Origin: Eledone cirrhosa
Lineage: Eukaryota
NCBI GenBank assembly: GCA_964016885.1
Contig: OZ024747.1
Coordinates: 19,282,001-19,346,000, forward strand
Direction: 5' to 3'
Length of the DNA stretch: 64,000 nt
This document shows, piece by piece, positions 55,301 to 64,000 of this stretch; position 1 is the stretch's first letter, and every line of letters starts with the position of its first letter. The notes under the pieces were generated by a model. It was not told the DNA's origin and ran no database searches. It worked only from the letters and a program-made list of their open reading frames with translations. Position numbers and translations under genes: made by a program.

Positions 55301-56033
55301 TCTATCTATCTATCTACATATGAAATGTAAACTTACCCATCTACCAGAATCGCCTGGATCCACACAGAATACGTACTTTGCTCTTAACTCTACACGAAAC
55401 ACTGATACGTTATAGAAATAGAACAACATCAATAACAACAGTATCATCCCTAAATTCTGTAGCAGACAACAGTATATTTATATTCATCTGAAATTCAATA
55501 CATAACTAAACGGAAAGAATACAGAAATCTTTTTAACAGCTTACATAAAATATTGCGTGATATATTGGAACATGTATTACACATCAACTTGAAAACAGAG
55601 CAGTCACAACTATAACTAGATGCATTTCATAATTAAATGAAATAACAGAGGTTTACCTAAATATTTACTTAGTCAATGGGGAAACTGAATCTCTTGGTGT
55701 ATGTATTAGCAAATACTTTACTAAATCACCGCAACAAGCTGAGACCACACGATAAAGATCTTAAGGTACGTTGAGTATATAACTTTTAAAAAAATCTACG
55801 AAGAAACACAGAATATCGTAATTATGAAGTGTAGTATAAACAATATATAAAAAGTATCAGAAATAAAAACAAAAAACTAGAAGCACAAGATTTGAAACTT
55901 TAATCTCTAAACTACATCAGTTGAAACAAGAAAGTATGACCATCATTGTAAGCTAAAATACAAATGAACAAATAATAAACCTAAAATCTATCTATCTATC
56001 TATCTTTCTATCTTTCTCTCTCCCCCTCTCTCT

Positions 56034-56095
<62 letters not shown>

Positions 56096-56140
56096 ATGTA
56101 TGTGTGTGTGTATATGGTTCGTATATATATATATATATTC

Positions 56141-56223
<83 letters not shown>

Positions 56224-57116
56224 GGTGTGTGTATATTTATATGCAGAGTATATCTTATTACCCTATAATTAATCAAACTACCATATGCTACAGTGTAATT
56301 CATCTGCACCTCCATTTGTTAACTATGACAACCCAGACTCATGGAAAATAAATCATATGCAGAAAGGAATACCCACAACGCTACATATTGCAAATTTTTA
56401 CGGTTGCCGCTGACACTTCAACCCACACATTATCTCAAACAAAACCTAACACCATCCTTTACTATAATCCCAAACCATTACCACTTCCCACTATTAAACA
56501 ACAAAGCAACTAACATTCCATCCATCTATCCATCCAAGCAAAATCAACCATCAAACTAGACATTCCTCTAACACACCCCCAACTAACAAACCAGCCAACA
56601 TACCATCCCTTCTCATCTAACCAAACGTGGACAGTCTCTAGTCTTCTCTTTGGAGACCATTTTTGATGAATCACCATTTAAATTATAGATTTTGTGTAGT
56701 TTTATTTATTTTTACTTTTCTCTTCCCCCCGGCTCTTTCTAAACAAATTGCCAAACACAATAGAGATATAATTTCTCTTGTGTGTGCATAGATGATGTGA
56801 CAGAGATAAAACAAAGACAGACAAAATGACAGAAAGAAGAAAAAGTGTATAAATAAATATTTATTGCTCAGTGATTCTAGGAGTTTTGATGAAAATCATT
56901 TTGAAGAATTTAAAAGCTTGTAGATCACTTTGTCAGGTGATTCTAATTGGATGATAGATAAATGTTACTATATTGCGTCTTCATGTTTGTCGAGTTTTAT
57001 ACATTAGTTAGAGGAGTAATCCAGGTAGAAGCTGAGTTGAGAGAGAATTCATGATACATACATAAATTCATATATACATACATATATACATGCATACATA
57101 CATACATATATACACG

Positions 57117-57150
<34 letters not shown>

Positions 57151-57261
57151 CATACATACCTACATACATACATGCACACATACATACATAAATACACATA
57201 TGCATGCATACATACATACTTACATGCATACATACATGCACACATACATACATACCATAAT

Positions 57262-57438
57262 ATTATTGTTTCTACTTTTGGCACAAAGCCAGCAATTACC
57301 CTGCTACTTTATTTTATCGACCCCGTCAGGATGAAAGGCAAAGTTAACCTCGGCGGGATTTGAACTCAGAATGGCAAGGGCCGTAACTCTATGCGTCAAA
57401 GCATGGCGTCCGACCCTCTACCGATACTGCCAATCCAC
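57262..57438 (-). mobile_element. SINE family 1, TSD ACCATAATATTAT
   Basis: Consensus match plus flanking duplication. Confidence 0.9.
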
Positions 57439-57577
57439 CATAATATTATATTATTTATTTATATTCATACACGGAACAAAGGCTCTACCTAAGGTTTCAA
57501 GGCCCAAATATTACCACACCTCCAGAATACACAAGGCATCAAATTAGTGATCTTGCTTTAGGCGCTTTTACAACATT

Positions 57578-57608
<31 letters not shown>

Positions 57609-59117
57609 TCAATTTGTAATGGAGTTCCGAAATAGTGACAAACATTGTGTATTTAACAATATACAGTATGTTTATGAAAAAAAATTCGCTATGAATTTTA
57701 AGGCTGTGACTGACGTCACATATCTAGCTTCAGCAAAAGCAGATGGAAGTAATGCCACCGTTTCTCATGCATAAGTGGTTGTCAAGACCACATATCTCCC
57801 CGCTTTTGGGAATCAAATCACGTAGCAGTTATATATCGGACAACTTCGTATTCCTTTATACAAAGACGCCCTGACAGGTTTTCAACGCTAGATTTTGCAT
57901 GTTTGAAGCCTCAATGGATAAAACCCAATTGTTCACCTACTGTCATATCGCATGATTATCAACAGCAATGGGCGCAGTATTCAACAGATACGTGGTTTGA
58001 TTCCCATAAGCTGTTCCATCGTATTTCACATGTACAAATAAATTATTTATGGCTAAGATTATCATAAAATATCATAATCAATAATATTGTATTAAATATA
58101 TTCTAGAATCGCCTCAGTCAGTGGAATACGATTGTATTCGACGGTGATAGCTGTGACTGCTTTTCGTACAGCTGATAACCATGTGATATGATAATAAATA
58201 AACAATTGCGCTTTATCCACTAAAGCATTTACATACGCTAAATTTAATCTTGAAAATATGCCAGGTAGTTATAGTGTAATGGTATATGCAGTTGTCCGCT
58301 ATATAAGATACGTGGTTCGTTTTTCGCAGTCGATCCTATCACATTCTCCGCCGTATTTCGCATGGAGAAATACATACTCTATGTATATATATGTATGGAT
58401 AATATATGTATATTAAAAGTAATTTATTGAAGTCGCGTTTGTATAAAAAGGCAACACAAGTCCAATTATTTGAAGTAAGTTCCTATACACCGAATGATTA
58501 ACAAAATTTAATAAGCTAGGAGTTGGGTGTGAAATGAAAACTGGGGTGGGGAGTAGAAAATCTGACAAATTAATAAGAGGTGGGGTGGAGACGATTATTC
58601 AAGACCTAAGGGTACGTGAATTATTGACGGACGTAAGAATGAAAACTCAATACCAAACTAGAATTTAAATGTTCATGTATTATGGCTAAGCCTTGTTACT
58701 CTGGAGTCTCACCTGCGTACCAATGTCTTACCAAATACGAAGAAGCTCGATATATTAACCCCTTAGGAAAGATTACAGAGCATAATTGTTTTTGATTATA
58801 TTTATAGAGTGGCGGTGGAATTGTGGGAGGGCATGTCCCCCCTCTAATAATTAGATTTTCTCCCCAAACTACCAAAACACACATCTATTTGGATATGCGC
58901 TACAATTTATGTACATGTTATGTTTATCGCATATCGAAGTTTTCTGACCATCTTAGAGTGCAAAAAGCTAAACTAACCACTACCACTAAATTGTCCAAAT
59001 TTGTCCCCCACCCAATTCAAAAATGCTTCAACCGCCCTGTATACATATTTAGTGACTGGAAACGAAATTTCGTCCAACAAATTTGAATATGGTATGTTCT
59101 ATATATACTTTATTTAG

Positions 59118-59283
59118 TCTGGCGTTAGGAAGGGCACCCAGCCGTATAAATCTAGCCAGAAACAGTGCTGTGTGAGGAAGACACAGTCACCCGACCCAAC
59201 TTGCCTCTAATGGGACAAATCCCTCTAACCCATGTTAGTGCAGAAAATAGACGTTAAACGATGATGATGATGATGATGATGAT
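59118..59283 (+). mobile_element. 3' part of an RTE-related short retroposon with a (GAT)n tail
   Basis: GGCGTTAGGAAGGGCACCCAGCCGTA, resembling RTE 5' UTR motifs, then AGACGTTAAAC(GAT)n. Confidence 0.55.
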
Positions 59284-59523
59284 TAGTGAAGATTCTGTCA
59301 GATGCTTAATTGTCTCGAATAAGTCTCATACCAACTTTTTTTCGTTTCGTTACGTTTTATATCAATTGATTCATCGAGTTCTCCCGTGAGATATATATTC
59401 TTCAGATACAAACTTATGGGGTTATTTTAGACTCCACTAGTGTATGTTCTCCATAATACATTCACACGCACACACTTTCACAGACCCCCCCCCCCCCCAC
59501 AAATATATATATATATATATATA

Positions 59524-59559
<36 letters not shown>

Positions 59560-59568
59560 TATATATAT

Positions 59569-59632
<64 letters not shown>

Positions 59633-59804
59633 GGCATATACAAGAACTACAACCGGAATACGATAATAGTCTTAACAACAATAGAATAACAACGTTTATA
59701 TACATACAAGTACACATACATACATACAAGCACATACACAAACACACATACAAGTACACACACACACACAGACACACGTCTATCTATATATGTATATCTA
59801 TCTA

Positions 59805-59859
<55 letters not shown>

Positions 59860-59870
59860 TATATATATAT

Positions 59871-59903
<33 letters not shown>

Positions 59904-59912
59904 CATATAAAT

Positions 59913-59945
<33 letters not shown>

Positions 59946-60570
59946 ACGCATGATAGAAATAAAACTGATTAAAAAAATAAGTAGGCTGAATATGAAAAAA
60001 AAATAACAAATAAAGGAAAACAATAATAACATTATCAACAACAACACGAATAATTCCCGTATAGACACGGACTTCTCATCGCCAACAACTAAGACAATAT
60101 TAAACTTATAAGTGCCACCAATGACAGAATCGTTATTATTTTAAAGCATTACTAAAATAGGAGATATAAATTATAAAAATAACATAAATAAATATAGAAG
60201 TGAACATACAAATAGTAATCTTTTCAATAAAGCGAGTAAGGCCTCACGGGAATCCGTGTTGAGTGGAAATATGGTAACATGTAAATTGGAAAAAAACCCA
60301 CCAAAAGAGTATATAAAATAAAATGATTTGCTTTTAAGGGAACATTAATATCCTCGTTATAAACTCACTTATTATATATATCTATCGATATATATTTATC
60401 GTATACATACGTAATTATATCGCGATATATATATATATGTGTGCGTGTATGTGTATGTGTATGTGTATGTGTATGTTTGTGTGTGTGTGTGTGTATATAT
60501 ATGGATATACATACATTATATAAATCTATATCTGTATATATATATATATGTCATCTAAGTTTTTCTAATA

Positions 60571-60740
60571 TTAATAATTGTTTCTATTTTTCGCACAAGG
60601 CCAGCAATTATCCCAGTGCATTACTGATACTTTATCGTATCGATCCCCTAAGGATGAAAGGCAAAGTTAACCTCGGTGGGATTTGAACTCAGATGAACTC
60701 CATGCTGTAAAGCATGGCGTCCGACCCTTTAACGATACTA
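60571..60740 (-). mobile_element. SINE family 1, diverged
   Basis: Consensus match. Confidence 0.8.
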
Positions 60741-60841
60741 CTAATAATATTTGTTCGTTTGCAATTATTTAAACAGCCTCTTTTAAGCCATGCCAATAGA
60801 ATGAACCCCTCATTCTTGCTCCTGTGTTGGCACGTAAACAG

Positions 60842-60890
60842 AATTGCAGACACTAATGTTTCTGGGGGATTACCCTTCATCAGTGCAGTT
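60842..60890 (-). ncRNA. Minimal Type I hammerhead ribozyme
   Basis: Minus strand: AACTGCA-CTGATGA-A-GGG-TAATCC-CCC-A-GAAA-CA-TTAG-TG-TC-TGCAATT. Confidence 0.7.
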
Positions 60891-62380
60891 TACTGCTCAT
60901 CTGCCAACTGTCAGAGCCATTGAAAATAGTATGATATTTTCTGAAATATACAGTGACTGATCGGCCTGATTTGTGTGTGTGTATATTTTTGTGTGTAGTG
61001 CTAGTATATTGAACTTTACATTTACTAATAATCTTATTCGACATTTCGATATATTTCTGTTTTTCTTTCTTTCTGAGAAAATGTCTTTCTACCAATATAA
61101 CATTCAACCAATGTGTTTTTGACAAATGTTTTCGATGGATATGGTCACAGATTCTGAAATAAATTCTAAGGTTTGTAAGATACAACGTTATTTCTTTGCG
61201 TATTTATGGAGACGAATAATTCTAAAGAAACACAGTTTGTAGGTGTATATCTTAATTTCCGTTAAAGGAACTGAATTTGATTAAATCCTGTTGGGGATAT
61301 ATGATTGTATTCACAATATTTAACTATATCTATTAATACAATTTTTGGTGTGTTTTCTTTTTTTGCCCATCTTCTAACAGACCAATATAACATTATTTAA
61401 AACTGAGCTCTCTTACTCTTGTAATCATTTTATATTGACTATCGACTTTTTAAGATATTTCACGTTTCCGACACAGCCTGCTGCTGATATTTCAAGCTAA
61501 AGGACTAAGCATCAAACTTTTGCGGATGCAGAATTTGTTTATATTTCATATACATTCAAATGCAATGAATTGGCAGGGTCGTTAAAATATCGGATATTAT
61601 GCCGAAGTCAACTTTTCCTTTCATCCTTTCGAGGTCGAAAATTAAAGCCCATTACCGGGGCTGTTATTTCCTCTGTCTTCGCTGTCACTCCCTTTCCTTC
61701 TCTGTTCAGTTTTGGGGAGGTATGGGCTCTGCCATATTTAAATGATCGAACAGAAGTAGTAGAATAGTAGAACATATCTGACTAGTATGTCACGCAGTGA
61801 AAATGAAACCCCAAATGCGTAGTTACTGCATATTACTAGTGCCCCATTGTTATCAATGAATTCATTCAGATAGTTTCAATTGCTTTACAGTTCGGTATCC
61901 AACAATCAGCGATCAGTTTTATTGATTTGAAGGTGGTCAGTTGATCAGATCGATTTCAGACAGTTATTTATTCGATTTACTCCAAAAGGAAGAATGTATA
62001 AATCGATTTTGAACATACAATCATATTATGAATAATCCATCAATATTTAACTGCTGTCTCTCATTAGATTCTCTAGTTAATACATTTTAGTTAAATTTTC
62101 ATCTCTTATTTTTTAATTTCTTTTATATTTCCACAACTTCATTTCCAATTCACTTCCGATGTATTAATAGTTCTTTATAACATTGGCAGAAGGAGTAAGT
62201 CGATTATAACAAACCCAGTATTTGGTTGGTATCTTATTCACCCCGAAAGGATCAAAGGCAAAAGTTGACCTCAACAGGCTTTGAACTCAGAACGTAAAGG
62301 GCTGGAATGAATACTGCTTGTTATTTGTCCGATGTTCTAAGGCCAACCCGCTGCCCTTCACGATAGATAATGGTTTAGAC

Positions 62381-62668
62381 CAGTCATGGGCAACCTGCGG
62401 CCCGCGAAGCTTTATGAATGGCTCGCCTAAGTCACCTAAGTGAAATCTTTCTGATTTTTTAACCTAAACTTTTCAGTCGTAATGTATATTTCTATCATTT
62501 TTACGATCTAGGAAAACAACGTGTACGAATTCTGAAGAAACAAATCAAAACAACCCGAGTTACCGCCCCTTTTTATGTGGGCACGAATGTAAATTAGCGT
62601 TTGCGGCCTGCCTGATGATGAACCATATCTCATGCGACCCGCTTCTCGAAAAAGGTTGCCCATGTCTG
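62381..62668. mobile_element. hAT (Charlie/Buster-like) MITE, 288 bp
   Basis: TIRs CAGTCATGGGCAACCT / AGGTTGCCCATGTCTG; exact 8-bp TSD GTTTAGAC at 62373-62380 and 62669-62676. Confidence 0.9.
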
Positions 62669-63834
62669 GTTTAGACACAAAGTGAATGGAGAAATTCAAT
62701 TTAATTGACCCCCGAAAGGATGAAAAGTAATGTTAGCCTCGTTGGGATGAGAACTCAAGAGCATTTGTCTGACGTTCTAACGATCCTGCCAATGGACAAG
62801 GACACTGATTTAGCGGAGGGGCGTAAGCATTTGATTAGATACACCTTATTATATTAAGGATATCCCTTTTATTGGCGGCGAATTGGCAGATTTGCTAGAA
62901 AGTCCTGTAGAATGCTTTGCGGTATTCGTTTCAGCTCTCTGCTCTCTGAGTTCAAATCCCACCGAGGGTCAACTTTGAGATTGTTTGCGCGCGCGCGCGC
63001 GTGTGTGTGTGTGCGCGTGCGTGTGTGTGTGTGTGTGTGTGTGTGCGTCTGTCTGTGTTTGCATATGCATATATGCATGTAAATACATGGTCGATAAAAA
63101 TATGTTCCACTCTAGTGCTGGTGTCGATTCTTTCTCTGTCGCTTCCTCACTTACATTCTTTCACTCTCAATATCCTTCTCTTGAAGAAATATATGCTGGA
63201 TTCAAACATGAAGAGGAAATGGTCTCCGCCAGGCTAGAAACGTCGTATGTCAATACAGCGCTCCTATGAAGGGAGTTACGCGGCCATACATACTTACACA
63301 CTTCTTTTATAGACTCCGGAAACACAAAATCTAATCTTCAATAAAATTTGAACTGAAATGGCAAAGTTTCACACAGTTTTATATTGAGTTAAAATACGCG
63401 CAGGTTTAAATAGAACTTATTTCTAGTAGCTATTATCATATATTTTTTCATTCAATATGTTTGTCAATATTTATTTTCATCAGCTTCAGGTGCAATTCAC
63501 ATTCAGAAGTATCCATATAGAATGATAACAAAACTTATATTAATCCGGTTGAATCTTTAGAAGAAAGGATAGTTAAAGATTTTTGGCTCTTATCTTTTTT
63601 TTTGTGTGTGTACTTAATATGAAAGATAATGATGAAATATTTATAAGAGAATACTTGCTACTCCATCATTCAAACTGATGGAAATGTCAGAATATCGTTC
63701 AACTGCATAAAGTTGATTAAAAGAAATCAAAACAACAACAAATATAAAATATATAAAAAAGTAAGAACAACACAAAATGTAATACATGTAAACTATTCCA
63801 AGGTTGAGGAAATGAATTTTGCATCTAGTAATGT

Positions 63835-63850
63835 GTATATATATATATAC

Positions 63851-63884
<34 letters not shown>

Positions 63885-64000
63885 GTATATATATATATAT
63901 ATATATATATATACGTATATATATATATATATATATATATATACGTATATATATATATATATATACGTATATATATATATATATATACGTATATATATAC
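63835..64000. repeat. (TA)n array with regularly spaced CG interruptions
   Basis: Directly visible. Confidence 0.9.

Noticed and set aside
58807-59039. Possible hAT MITE (GAGTGGCGGTGGAA...TTCAACCGCCCTG)
   Set aside because: The TIR match is poor and there is no clear 8-bp TSD.

Overview
AT-rich, microsatellite-saturated eukaryotic non-coding DNA. The repeat content resembles what I recall from octopus (coleoid cephalopod) genomes; this is pattern recognition, not a database hit. I find no supportable host protein-coding exon, and nearly all ORF-track entries are translations of (TA)n, (CA)n, (TATG)n or trinucleotide repeats. The window is a mosaic of mobile elements. It holds about 27 recognisable copies of a ~190-230 bp tRNA-head SINE, several CORE-type SINEs and decayed RTE and R4/Dong-type LINE fragments. 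It also holds bipartite non-autonomous RTE derivatives and mariner, hAT, piggyBac and TTAA-flanked MITEs. The most interesting signal is a set of short non-coding cassettes, mostly embedded in (TA)n, that carry Type I hammerhead ribozyme (HHR) folds. Complete cores lie at 31710-31791(-), 40776-40818(+), 60842-60890(-) and on both strands of a palindrome at 23169-23275. There is also a core variant at 24094-24245 and several 3'-half HHRs whose 5' half is missing or replaced by a fold-back copy. One HHR sits in a 632-bp unit present as ~1.35 tandem copies, the geometry expected from reverse transcription of a circular RNA (retrozyme / Penelope-like pLTR system).
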